Below, piece by piece: positions 1-8,859 of a stretch of 64,000 bases of DNA. The translations under genes and the position numbers were made by a program. This stretch comes from Nannocystales bacterium. Its GTDB lineage: Bacteria > Myxococcota_A > Polyangia > Nannocystales > Nannocystaceae. The notes below the pieces were generated by a model, which did no database searches, had not been told where the DNA came from, and was given only the letters and a program-made list of their open reading frames with translations. The stretch spans positions 89,317 to 153,316 of the forward strand of contig JBOEGF010000002.1 of assembly GCA_050633305.1 (NCBI GenBank), written 5' to 3'. The stretch's first letter is position 1. Each line of letters opens with the position of its first letter.

Positions 1-305
1 CCCGAGCCGCGGGACCCTGGCTCGCCTTCGTCGGTCCCACCCAACTCGAGCGCCTTCGCGTGCATGGCCGCGACCTTCGACGGGTCGGCCGCGGCCAACG
101 CGACCATCACGCCGTTTCCGACCGAAGCCGGACGCCCGTCGAAGGGGACGTGGATGGAGAACATGGAAGACCGCCCCGGAGCGCCCCAGACGATGAAGTC
201 CTCGGCCTCGAGCGTTCGGGTAGCGCCCATCAGCGCGAGCAGAGCGTCGTAGAACGCAGCGGCTCGTTCGAGATTGCGGGTGCCCAGCGAGGTGTAACCG
301 ATCAT
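1..305 (-). CDS. VOC (glyoxalase/bleomycin resistance) family protein, 3' end runs off the window
   Basis: Absent from the ORF track (no stop in window). Manual translation from ATG at 305: MIGYTSLGTRNLERAAAFYDALL...PFDGRPASVGNGVMVALAA...HAKALELGGTDEGEPG, a typical VOC sequence; divergent from a LysR gene. Confidence 0.85.
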   Translation of the reverse strand, partial: MIGYTSLGTRNLERAAAFYDALLALMGATRTLEAEDFIVWGAPGRSSMFSIHVPFDGRPASVGNGVMVALAAADPSKVAAMHAKALELGGTDEGEPGSRGS

Positions 306-349
306 GGGCCGTATCTTGGAGCTTGCGAATCTGAACGCCACGAGCAAAA

Positions 350-1279
350 TTGGCGGAGGGGTTTGCAGATCTGACGAGCACAGAGCGATGGGATTGGAAC
401 GCGCTGAAGGTGTTCTTGGCCGTCCAGGTCGACGGAACCCTGGCGGGCGCCGCGAGGGAACTCGGAGTGAGCCACTCGACGGTGTTCCGACGGCTCAACG
501 CGCTGGAGGCGGAGCTGGGAGGACGGCTCTTCGACCGTGCCGCGGGCAACTACACGCTCACCGCGGTCGGCGAGGAGATGTTGGTCCACGCGCGCGGCAT
601 CGCAGAGTCGTTCGACGAGCTCGAACGACGAATCGTCGGGCGGGATGTGAAGCCCCACGGCACGGTGGTGCTCACCGCACCCAGCAGCTTCGCGTACACG
701 CACCTCCCCGGCTACCTCGCCCGGTTCGCGGCCCAGTGCCCCGAGATCGATGTCGAGCTCCTGGTCAGCAACTCCGTCGTCAACCTCAGCACCCGCCAGG
801 CCGACGTCGCGATTCGAGTGGCGTCTTCACCCGCCGATCACTTGGTGGGCCGCCAGGTCGCCACGGTCCGGTGGGGTCTCTACGCGAGCCCAGCCTACGT
901 CGAGAGCCACGGCTCACCAGCATCGCAAGACGACCTCGGAGGACATCGACTGATCGGTGCTGCCGGCCGCCTGCGAGACTCTCCCGTGTTTACGTGGTTG
1001 GAGCGGACGCACCTACGGGACATCGTGGTGAGGACCGACGACCTTATCGCGATGAGCCATTTGGCGAGGGCCGGGCACGGTGTCGCTCCGCTTCCGGATG
1101 ACCTCGCCTTGCAAGGACTCGAGCGGGTCTGTGCGTTGCATCGTGCGGGGACCAACCGGGTCTGGGTGCTGACACATCCAGACCTGCGCAAGGTCGAGCG
1201 TGTGCGGCTGACCATGCGGTTTCTGTCGGAGGCGCTCTCGGGCGATGCATCGTTCGCAGCCCGCCCGTCCCCCTCGTAG
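350..1279 (+). CDS. LysR family transcriptional regulator
   Basis: N-terminal HTH DWNALKVFLAV...TLAGAARELGVSHSTVFRRLNALEAELGGRLFDR; substrate-binding domain with ADVAIR; exact start uncertain. Confidence 0.95.
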   Translation: MAEGFADLTSTERWDWNALKVFLAVQVDGTLAGAARELGVSHSTVFRRLNALEAELGGRLFDRAAGNYTLTAVGEEMLVHARGIAESFDELERRIVGRDVKPHGTVVLTAPSSFAYTHLPGYLARFAAQCPEIDVELLVSNSVVNLSTRQADVAIRVASSPADHLVGRQVATVRWGLYASPAYVESHGSPASQDDLGGHRLIGAAGRLRDSPVFTWLERTHLRDIVVRTDDLIAMSHLARAGHGVAPLPDDLALQGLERVCALHRAGTNRVWVLTHPDLRKVERVRLTMRFLSEALSGDASFAARPSPS

Positions 1280-1320
1280 CCTTCCCAGCACTTCGATGGT
1301 CGCTGACGCCACCGTTCCCT

Positions 1321-1397
1321 CAGAGGTCCGGCAGAGGTCCGGCAGAGGTCCGGCAGAGGTCCGGCAGAGGTCCGGCAGAGGTCCGGCAGAGGTCCGG
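1321..1397. repeat. Perfect tandem repeat, 7 x CAGAGGTCCGG (11 bp)
   Basis: Counted directly; lies between the stop codons of two convergent genes (1279 and 1424). Confidence 0.97.
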
Positions 1398-1423
1398 TGG
1401 TCGTCTTCTCGACCAGGCGTGCG

Positions 1424-1888
1424 CTACTCGCAAGTTGCGAGCCCGGCGCAGTTGGCCAGGCCCGAGACGTCGAGCATGCCCGATCGGCACGTGACATTGT
1501 CTTCGAAGCACTCGAACAGACCATTGCCGTCGAGGTCACAAGGGATGTTCGCGTACGCACTACAGTCGACGCCAGTCTGTGCACCGTCGAAGCCGCACTG
1601 CAAAGATCCCAGAGAATCGGCCCACGCCTCGCAGGCGGCGACGTTGTCGAAGTCACCGCTGGAATTGTTGCCGTTTGTCGTGTCAGGGGTGTCTTCCGGA
1701 GGGGTCCAGGACACGTCCACACAGCGATCCGACAAGCACGTGAGGCCGTTGAGACACTTGTAGTCGACCGTGCATGGGCAGGTCTCCGAACCGTCCGGAC
1801 AAGAGTCGGAATCAGAATCGGAGTCGCACGCCGAGCACAGCGCGATCGCCAAGCATCCGAGTTGCAGAATCTTCGACGAAAGGTTCAT
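1424..1888 (-). CDS. Cys-rich lipoprotein (hypothetical)
   Basis: MNLSSKILQLGCLAIALCSAC lipobox; module CPDGSETCPC...CLNGLTCLSDRC; ATG overlaps the upstream gene's TGA (ATGA at 1885-1888). Confidence 0.8.
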   Translation of the reverse strand: MNLSSKILQLGCLAIALCSACDSDSDSDSCPDGSETCPCTVDYKCLNGLTCLSDRCVDVSWTPPEDTPDTTNGNNSSGDFDNVAACEAWADSLGSLQCGFDGAQTGVDCSAYANIPCDLDGNGLFECFEDNVTCRSGMLDVSGLANCAGLATCE

Positions 1889-2334
1889 TGCCGTTCTCCC
1901 AACAGTTCGCCGCAATCAAGGTCGGACAAACAAGCGCTCTGCTCGGCGCCAAGCAAGCCAACCTGCTCGGGGTCGAGCCCTGCGAAGTAGCCCGTGGAAC
2001 CGTAGCCGTAGCCTGTCGTCCCGTATGGGTAACCCGTCGTCCCGTATGGGTAGCCCGTTGTCCCGTATGGGTAGCCCGTCGACCCCGAGCCCGACGAACC
2101 GCCGCCAGGCCACCCGTCGCCGGTCCCCGAGTCGTTGCTGTCGTTCCCGCCGGGCCCCGTCTCGGTCGAGGCCGCACCACCCGAGCCACCGGACTCGACG
2201 GAGAGCGGCTCCACGTCATTACAAGCGCGGCCGAGGCGGTCGGGGTCGCACGGCGGAATGGCGGGTGCTTCTTCGTCGCATGCGCTCAAGCCTCCGAGCG
2301 AGAATAGAAAGATCCAGTTCGACTTCCGAGACAC
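1885..2334 (-). CDS. Small lipoprotein with GYPYGTT repeats (hypothetical)
   Basis: GTG start at 2334 gives VSRKSNWIFLFSLGGLSAC; Gly/Ser linker, then GYPYGTT x3; translationally coupled to the next gene. Confidence 0.7.
   Translation of the reverse strand: MSRKSNWIFLFSLGGLSACDEEAPAIPPCDPDRLGRACNDVEPLSVESGGSGGAASTETGPGGNDSNDSGTGDGWPGGGSSGSGSTGYPYGTTGYPYGTTGYPYGTTGYGYGSTGYFAGLDPEQVGLLGAEQSACLSDLDCGELLGERQ
2015..2077. repeat. Coding tandem repeat, 3 x 21 bp (GYPYGTT)
   Basis: gtcgtcccgtatgggtaaccc / gtcgtcccgtatgggtagccc / gttgtcccgtatgggtagccc, plus a degenerate copy at about 1994-2014. Confidence 0.9.
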
Positions 2335-2512
2335 AGGATTCACCTTCTTTGCCGCTGCGACCTGCATGCGACGGCGGGCAAGCTACCCCGCCCGCCCTGT
2401 CGATGCCATCCTGATTTTCCCAGGCGCCGAGAGCCCTCCGTGCGCCGGCGCCGTGGACGCCCATCGCACCCGAGCGAGAGTCGCGGAACGGCGCCCCTTG
2501 GCCCCTACTGGG

Positions 2513-4486
2513 TCAATCCGCGGGCGCGAGAGGCAGAATCACGTGAGAGGCAAAACCGGCCCCATGTCGGACCGTCCACGTCGGGTCGCCCTCGGCAGGG
2601 TAGCGGGCGAAGTTGGCGGCGTCTGCTCCCGCCAACGCGATTCGAATGCGATGGCCAGCTTCGACGCGCACGCTCGTGGGTCGCAAGCGAAGCGTGACCT
2701 CCATCGTTTCACCCGGGACGACCGGCTGTCCGTCGGCCGTTTCGAAACTGTGCAGTGCCGGGGAGTCGGGGTCGACGGCACGATGCAGGAGCCGGAGCTG
2801 CCCCTCACTCAGGTACGTGACGCTTCCATCGGGCGCGACGTCCTCGAGGTATGCGAACAATGCTCCGTCATCGTGGGTCGTCGAAAGGTGCACTGTGACC
2901 TCAGCCGCCCCCGTGATGCGGGTGTCTGCGGACAGAGGCGCCCCGGTGTACGTGATCAGCTTGTTGTCTTCCTCGGCCCGGTCCGGATAGATCACATCGC
3001 CGTCGAGCTGTGTCCACCAGCGGTTGGTCTGTCCAGTCGTCGCGGTGTAGTCCACAGCGTAGGTCAGGTCGGTCTGTGAAGCCGGCAGCGCATCGAGCAG
3101 GGTACCCGTGCCGAAGAACATCGTGGTTGCCGCCACGTCGGCCGGCGGCCAGGTGTCGGTGGTCCGCCAAACGCCCTCGTTCATCGTGTAGTAGCGAATC
3201 TCGCGGACATCCTGCACCGACGCATCGCTGGCCAAGTGCTGCGTGAAGAAGTCGACGATGTCGAGCTGCTGTTCTTCCACAGTTGGCGCAACAGGGGCGT
3301 CGGGCGCGAGGTACGGGTCGGCGTCTTCATCGGCCCCGTGGTTCCACGCGCCAATGATCACGCGGTGCGAGCCCTTCGACCCGGCGTAGACATTGAGCGC
3401 CGAGTCGGCTGTTCCGGCGTCGAGCCAGCTCGCCCAGCCGTAGACCGCAGCGCCGCCGCGATCGAGCGCATCCAAGTCCTCCACGAACGAGATATCGGCG
3501 AACGATGCATCGCCGGCAAAGGCATCGTCGCGGTAGGTCGCGGCAAGACCCGCTTGATGGACGTCGAGATTGTTCGCGTGCCCGGCGACGGCCTCGGCCG
3601 CCAGCGCGCCTTTGGGATCCTCATCCGCCCACTTGGGTCCCCGCAGGACCATCTCCACCGTCGCGCACTCCTCTTCAGGGGCGAGCGCACAGACGTCCGC
3701 GCTGTCCAACACATGGTTGAAGGCCGCCCACTCCTGCACGAAGCGTTCGTTGTAAACGCCTCCGGGCACGCCTGGGGAGTCGTAGGGGTCCGAGTCGTAG
3801 AACCTTGGAACGACAGCTTTCACCCCGCTGCGTCCCGACGTCGCCAGAAACGCTGCGGTGTTGCCGTCGTAGCTCACTCCGACTGCGCCTACGTTGCCGT
3901 TCGACCATGACTGCTCCACCAGCCAGTCGACCACCTCTCCGTGGTCTTCTCGCTCGGCCTCGGTCCAGGGCCCCTGACGGGATCCGAAAGATGCACCGCT
4001 GCCACGGGCATCCACGGTGACATACGCGAAGCCGTGCGCGGTGTATCGCGCGGCCTCCTCGGGGGACTCATCGAACATCGGCAAGGCCCACTGCATCGCG
4101 CGCCAGTATCGAGTCATCCGCATGACCGTGGGAACGGCGTCCCCGTCGAGGGCCGCATCAGGCAGCCAAACATCGACGGCGATCCGAGTGCCATCGGCCA
4201 TCTCGATGTAGCGCGACACCCGGGGCGCAAGCGCCTCTCCGCCCGTCGTCGAGGATGAGGAGTCAGTCTCCCCCGTGCTTCCAGAGTCCGCCGAGGATGT
4301 CTCACCTTCGGAGGTCGAGCCCGACGATGACTCGGCACCCACCGTTGCAGCATCGGTCGTCGAGCCAGGCCCAGTCGAACCGTCGCCCGTCGAGCTTTCG
4401 CCACCACCAGAGCTGGAGTCCCCGGTGCAGGCGACAAGGAGTGCGAGTCCGACCATGGTGGCGTGGGATGCTTTGATCCAAGACAT
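2513..4486 (-). CDS. CocE/NonD family hydrolase (S15-type), lipoprotein
   Basis: YIEMADGTRIAVDVWLP, VDARGSGASFG, WSNGNVGAVGVSYDG (nucleophile Ser), GAWNHG, C-terminal PepX_C-like jelly roll; LLVAC lipobox and Ser/Thr linker. Confidence 0.93.
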   Translation of the reverse strand: MSWIKASHATMVGLALLVACTGDSSSGGGESSTGDGSTGPGSTTDAATVGAESSSGSTSEGETSSADSGSTGETDSSSSTTGGEALAPRVSRYIEMADGTRIAVDVWLPDAALDGDAVPTVMRMTRYWRAMQWALPMFDESPEEAARYTAHGFAYVTVDARGSGASFGSRQGPWTEAEREDHGEVVDWLVEQSWSNGNVGAVGVSYDGNTAAFLATSGRSGVKAVVPRFYDSDPYDSPGVPGGVYNERFVQEWAAFNHVLDSADVCALAPEEECATVEMVLRGPKWADEDPKGALAAEAVAGHANNLDVHQAGLAATYRDDAFAGDASFADISFVEDLDALDRGGAAVYGWASWLDAGTADSALNVYAGSKGSHRVIIGAWNHGADEDADPYLAPDAPVAPTVEEQQLDIVDFFTQHLASDASVQDVREIRYYTMNEGVWRTTDTWPPADVAATTMFFGTGTLLDALPASQTDLTYAVDYTATTGQTNRWWTQLDGDVIYPDRAEEDNKLITYTGAPLSADTRITGAAEVTVHLSTTHDDGALFAYLEDVAPDGSVTYLSEGQLRLLHRAVDPDSPALHSFETADGQPVVPGETMEVTLRLRPTSVRVEAGHRIRIALAGADAANFARYPAEGDPTWTVRHGAGFASHVILPLAPAD

Positions 4487-4555
4487 GGCCTGATCGTGAA
4501 GCCGCAGGGCCGCCCTGACATCGGACGCCTCATGCCAAAAAGGGGACCCCATGCG

Positions 4556-5596
4556 TCAGACCAATCGCTGCCGAAGCCCGCGGGGAGACAGCCCACTCCA
4601 ACGACGGACGGCCCGGCGAAACGCTCGCGCCTCCGAGAAGCCCAACATCGAAGACACCGAGTCAATCGTGAGTTCGTCGTCAACGAGAAGCGTGCGACAC
4701 CGTTGAAACCTGAGCTCGTCCACGAGGTCTCGGTAGCTGGTGTCATGCGACTGCAGCCGCCGCTGGAGGGTTCGATGACCGGTTCCGAGCGTCCGTGCGA
4801 CTTGCTCGAGTGACGGCGCACCGCCCTGTGGCAGCGCGTTCACCACCACGCGCCGGATCTCCGCCAACAGGTCTCGCTCCCCGTCGAGTTTGGAGGTTTG
4901 CTCCGACGCCTGACGTTCCAAGAATGCGTAGAGGTCGGCCTCTGCCGACGGGAGCGCGCGGTCCAACCATGCGGCGGGAAAGCGGAGGTCGTTGAACGGC
5001 GCACCAAACGTCACCTCAGCGCCGAAGATGCTTTGGAGATAGCCCAGGTTCGGTCTTCGTGAGTGCTGAAACGAGACCGAGACCGGTCGACGGCCCAGCC
5101 CCGCCCACTCGAACGTCAGCAGAACATACGCCGCCATGACGAACTCGGCCTTGTGGGCGGGCCAACGCGCGCTCGGGTCCGCAGGGCCGTCGCGAATCAC
5201 AGCGGTGTCCCCCTCGAGAAACAGAAGGGTCCGAGATGTCTCGTTGAGCAGCGCGCCATGTCGCACCACACACTCGAGCGCCCCCCGTAGGGTCGGTGCC
5301 GAACGAGCCAAGAACCCCACCACACCGAATGTCCCCGCCTCCATCGAACGAGAAGCCGCGCGAGCTCCAAACTCGGGGTCGCCTGAGGCCTCCCCGCACA
5401 GGTCCCACATTTTCGCGTAGGCACCGAACGGCAACCGAGACTCGGATTGCTCGAGAATGCTGGCGTCACCGCCGAGGACGTCGCGGGCCACCGAGGCTGG
5501 CGTCGCGCCCGAGTCTTCGTAGGCGCGAAGGACGGTATTCGCGAGGGACGACAGGACGGTTCCGGAGCAGTTCATGACGAAGTGGGGCGCCGTCAC
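4556..5596 (-). CDS. AraC family transcriptional regulator (OruR/VirS-like ligand-binding N-terminus)
   Basis: FGVVGFLARSAPTLRGAL; C-terminal LEQVARTLGTGHRTLQRRLQ...LGFSEARAFRRAVRRWSGLSP; start may be 5575. Confidence 0.93.
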   Translation of the reverse strand: MTAPHFVMNCSGTVLSSLANTVLRAYEDSGATPASVARDVLGGDASILEQSESRLPFGAYAKMWDLCGEASGDPEFGARAASRSMEAGTFGVVGFLARSAPTLRGALECVVRHGALLNETSRTLLFLEGDTAVIRDGPADPSARWPAHKAEFVMAAYVLLTFEWAGLGRRPVSVSFQHSRRPNLGYLQSIFGAEVTFGAPFNDLRFPAAWLDRALPSAEADLYAFLERQASEQTSKLDGERDLLAEIRRVVVNALPQGGAPSLEQVARTLGTGHRTLQRRLQSHDTSYRDLVDELRFQRCRTLLVDDELTIDSVSSMLGFSEARAFRRAVRRWSGLSPRGLRQRLV

Positions 5597-5852
5597 GACG
5601 CCGCGAGGTCAATGTATCTACGCAACGCCGGCACGGGTTGTCGGGCCGCAAGTGGTCGTGTCGCAGATCACCGACGCGATGCGCTTCTCCCCCAGGAGGG
5701 CGACTCCCGGAGTCGTTGGCATGCGAACCCGCGCACCTCGAACGCGCCGCGGTCACACCACGATGCAATCTGCAACACTGGTGTGGTGTTGCCGCGCCCC
5801 TGCGAGGCCGCGGTGGCAGCTCCGGTATCGTTTTGGCAAGGTGAAAGGGTCG

Positions 5853-6650
5853 ATGGAGTGGCTGCGGCCGAACAGACTCGTCGTGATGACGGCGCTCGTG
5901 CTCTCGGGGACAAGCTGCCGCATGCCCAACCCTGCCTTCGATGGGCTCGCGGCGGACTCGGCCGGTGATACGACGGGCGGGGTCGACTCAGACGACCCCA
6001 CAGACAGCGACACGTCGCTCTCTCCATCGGGGACGACGCGGTCCGAGGACGGTATGACCGCCTCGAACACCACGAGCGTAGACGTCACGACGGAATCCGG
6101 AAACACAAGTCCGAGCACGACAACGACAACGACAACGACGACGACGGACGGGGACACCACCGACACCACCGGAGCCCCGGAATGCGGAGCATTGATCTAC
6201 GAGGTGGCAGGCCCCGAAACAGGGCACATGAACATCGGGCTCGAGACGACCCGGGCTGGCGAAGAGGTCCGCGCCGGTTCGCTTCTCGAAGGCGAACCCA
6301 TTCGCTGTTGGTCGGTGTGGCTGAGTCGTGCCGACGCGGACGCAACGGGTGACATTGATGTTGTGATCCGCCGGGTCACCGACGACGCGGTTGTCGCTAC
6401 GTTCGAGGGCATCGGCAGCGCGACAGAGCTCTCGGAGACAACTTCGCTGTACACCTTCACGCTCGCGGCGCCACACACCCTCGAGCCCGACGACCGCCTG
6501 CTCGTCGAGTACGCTGGGCCGTCATCAATCCACCTCGGATGGGTCGACGAAGGCTTCGACGGCGCCCTCACTCGCCGGGTCCGATTTGAAATGAACGCCT
6601 ACCAGTTCGGCAGTGCCCGCGACATCATCGGCACGATGGCGGCGCCCTGA
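5853..6650 (+). CDS. Lipoprotein with Thr-rich linker (hypothetical)
   Basis: MEWLRPNRLVVMTALVLSGTSC-RMPNPAFD, poly-Thr linker, beta-rich C-terminal domain; upstream part of the track ORF is probably non-coding. Confidence 0.75.
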   Translation: MEWLRPNRLVVMTALVLSGTSCRMPNPAFDGLAADSAGDTTGGVDSDDPTDSDTSLSPSGTTRSEDGMTASNTTSVDVTTESGNTSPSTTTTTTTTTTDGDTTDTTGAPECGALIYEVAGPETGHMNIGLETTRAGEEVRAGSLLEGEPIRCWSVWLSRADADATGDIDVVIRRVTDDAVVATFEGIGSATELSETTSLYTFTLAAPHTLEPDDRLLVEYAGPSSIHLGWVDEGFDGALTRRVRFEMNAYQFGSARDIIGTMAAP

Positions 6651-6681
6651 GGCGCGTGTTGACCTTGTGGCCCCTCCCGGG

Positions 6682-7089
6682 TCAAACGCCTCCGGTTTTT
6701 GCGTTCCAGGCTTCCGTGGCGCGCACCGAGCACTCTTGACCTCGCACCTCGAGTTCCTTGATCTTCTTCTGGTCGTCCTCCGAGAGCTTCTCGGTGTAGT
6801 CGAACTCGGAGTCAAACCCCTCCGGTAGAGCCTTCTGCGTGTAGTCTGCGATCTTCGACACCCCGCCGATTTCCGCCGTGCAGGACTCCCCAAAGGCGTT
6901 CATTTCGTCGGCGACTGAGCCGGATTCGCCCGTCGCCGATGCGTAGTACCGAGCGCGGCAGCACTGCGCCTCGGCCACCGCCTCGTGGGCAGCAAGGTAG
7001 CCAGGGTCGAGTTTTTGCGGGGTGCAGCCGGTGCCCAGTGACACCACTGCGGCGAGGCAGCCCAAGGAAACGAGACGGTGAAGTGGCAT
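6682..7089 (-). CDS. Small lipoprotein (hypothetical)
   Basis: MPLHRLVSLGCLAAVVSLGTGC lipobox; only the C-terminal 135 aa of track ORF 6682..8160 look real. Confidence 0.75.
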   Translation of the reverse strand: MPLHRLVSLGCLAAVVSLGTGCTPQKLDPGYLAAHEAVAEAQCCRARYYASATGESGSVADEMNAFGESCTAEIGGVSKIADYTQKALPEGFDSEFDYTEKLSEDDQKKIKELEVRGQECSVRATEAWNAKTGGV

Positions 7090-7242
7090 TGTGGCCTGTT
7101 GGAGTCGCGCGGGCCCCAAACGGATCACGCATTTCTGCAACTGTTTGGGCTTCGTCCACGTGAGCACGCCCCTGTGGCCCGTTGACGACCCCATGTCATG
7201 GCTGTCAACCGACGCCGCGCGTGCTAGCAGGGAGGCCGCACC

Positions 7243-8346
7243 GTGGCCGACCGCTACCAACTCATCGCCGCAGAAGTCTCCCTGTACAGCGGTAAGGCGC
7301 GCGCCTACCTTCGGTACAAAGGCGTGCCCTTCGACGAGGTGCTCGCCACCCGCCCGGTCATTCAATCCGTGGTGAGACCCAAGACCGGCCTGGCGATGGT
7401 GCCGGTTCTGCTCACGCCCGAGGGCGACGCGGTCCAAGACACGACAGCGATCATTCACGCGATCGAAGCCCGATTCCCGGAGCGTAGTGTGGCGCCTCCG
7501 GGCGTGCTGGGCGTCGCCAGCACGCTCTTGGAGTTGTACGGGGACGAGTGGCTCGTCATGCCCGCGATGCACTACCGATGGCACTACAAGCGCAACATGC
7601 CGCTGATCCTCTCCGAGTTCGGGGAGCTCGTTGCGCCGCGTCTGCCCAAGCTGCTCACGCCGCTCGCGGGGCTCCCCCTGGCCCTGTACTTCGGCGGGAA
7701 CTACGGTCGCGCGTTGGGCATCAGCAAGCGCAACCGGGCCGCGATCGAACAGTCGTATGAGGCGCTGCTCGGCGAGCTCAACACCCACTTCGAGGCGCAC
7801 CCCTTCTTGCTGGGCGCGCGACCGTGCCAAGGCGACTTCGGGTTCATGGGGCCGCTGTACGCCCACCTGTACCGTGACCCCGTCCCAGGCGCGTTGATGA
7901 AGCGCCGGGCCCCACGCGTGGCCGACTGGGTCGAGCGCATGAACCAGCCCGCGCCACCAACGGACCCTCCGCCCTTCCAAGACGACGACACCGTGCCAGC
8001 CTCTCTCGACCCCGTCTTTCGCCGACTTTTCCGAGAACACTGGCCCGTGGTTGCGGACACCATCAACGGCGTCGACGCGTGGGTCCACGACCACCCCAAG
8101 GCGAAACGCGTCAAGCGCTTCGTCGGCTCCCACTCGTTCTCGATCGAAGGCGTCTCGCACCAGCGTTGGCTACAGTCGTTCACGCAATGGATGGCACAGC
8201 ACGCCCTCGACGCCTACGCGGCTCTGGACGACGATGCGCGCGCCCGAGCTGATGTCTGGCTGCGACGCGTCGGCGGCCATGAAGCCATGCAAACACGCGT
8301 GCCCACACGGGTGCGGCGCGAGCACAACCGCCTTGTGCCGGAGTGA
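7243..8346 (+). CDS. Glutathione S-transferase family protein
   Basis: SLYSGKARAYLRYKG, MVPVLLTPEGDAVQDTTAII, LELYGDEW, PFLLGARPCQGDFGFMGPLYAHLYRDP. Confidence 0.92.
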   Translation: MADRYQLIAAEVSLYSGKARAYLRYKGVPFDEVLATRPVIQSVVRPKTGLAMVPVLLTPEGDAVQDTTAIIHAIEARFPERSVAPPGVLGVASTLLELYGDEWLVMPAMHYRWHYKRNMPLILSEFGELVAPRLPKLLTPLAGLPLALYFGGNYGRALGISKRNRAAIEQSYEALLGELNTHFEAHPFLLGARPCQGDFGFMGPLYAHLYRDPVPGALMKRRAPRVADWVERMNQPAPPTDPPPFQDDDTVPASLDPVFRRLFREHWPVVADTINGVDAWVHDHPKAKRVKRFVGSHSFSIEGVSHQRWLQSFTQWMAQHALDAYAALDDDARARADVWLRRVGGHEAMQTRVPTRVRREHNRLVPE

Positions 8347-8352
8347 TTCCGC

Positions 8353-8859
8353 TCAGGGCGTCGCGCCCGGTTTCGTCCGACACACCGAGGCCTTCCCCGC
8401 CTTGCACCCGCCCGGGTTGAGGCGCTGGAACAGCTTCGAGATGTCAGAGCCCACTCCGGCGTATTCACTCTGCCGTCCCGCGAGTTGGGTGACGTACCGA
8501 TAGTCGTCGGTCACGAACAACCCGACCGACAGAAACATCGGCTCGTCCCCGTCACGCTCCAGTCGGAAGTCGTAGCGCGTGCCGGGAACGTCATTGCGGG
8601 CCCGCAACGGGGACGACGCCTCGAGCGCGTAGCCTCGACCCAGGAGCTTAGTCTCGAGGTCGTTGGACCAGTAGCCGAGCGTCCCTCCGTCGACGTTGTC
8701 GTACACCGTCACGCGCAGACCGACGCTGTCTTTGCCCTTGTAGTGTTGGGACTGCCAGTCGGACTCCGCCTCGACGAACCCCGGCGGCGCCGAGTAGTCG
8801 ATCACCGGAGCGCATCCGACTGCGCTCAGACAGGACGCAAGGGCGATCTGTCGAAGCAT
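8353..8859 (-). CDS. Lipoprotein, coupled to the DUF4349 gene (hypothetical)
   Basis: MLRQIALASCLSAVGC lipobox; TGATG overlap with upstream stop at 8859. Confidence 0.8.
   Translation of the reverse strand: MLRQIALASCLSAVGCAPVIDYSAPPGFVEAESDWQSQHYKGKDSVGLRVTVYDNVDGGTLGYWSNDLETKLLGRGYALEASSPLRARNDVPGTRYDFRLERDGDEPMFLSVGLFVTDDYRYVTQLAGRQSEYAGVGSDISKLFQRLNPGGCKAGKASVCRTKPGATP

Noticed and set aside
1321..1397. Tandem repeat as a CRISPR array
   Set aside because: 11-bp units are contiguous with no spacers and no cas genes are present.
1990..2080. GYPYGTT repeats as RiPP core peptides
   Set aside because: No modifying enzymes or dedicated protease/transporter nearby, and the protein has a lipoprotein signal.
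7090..8160. N-terminal part of track ORF 6682..8160
   Set aside because: Antisense to the GST gene; the real lipoprotein starts at 7089.
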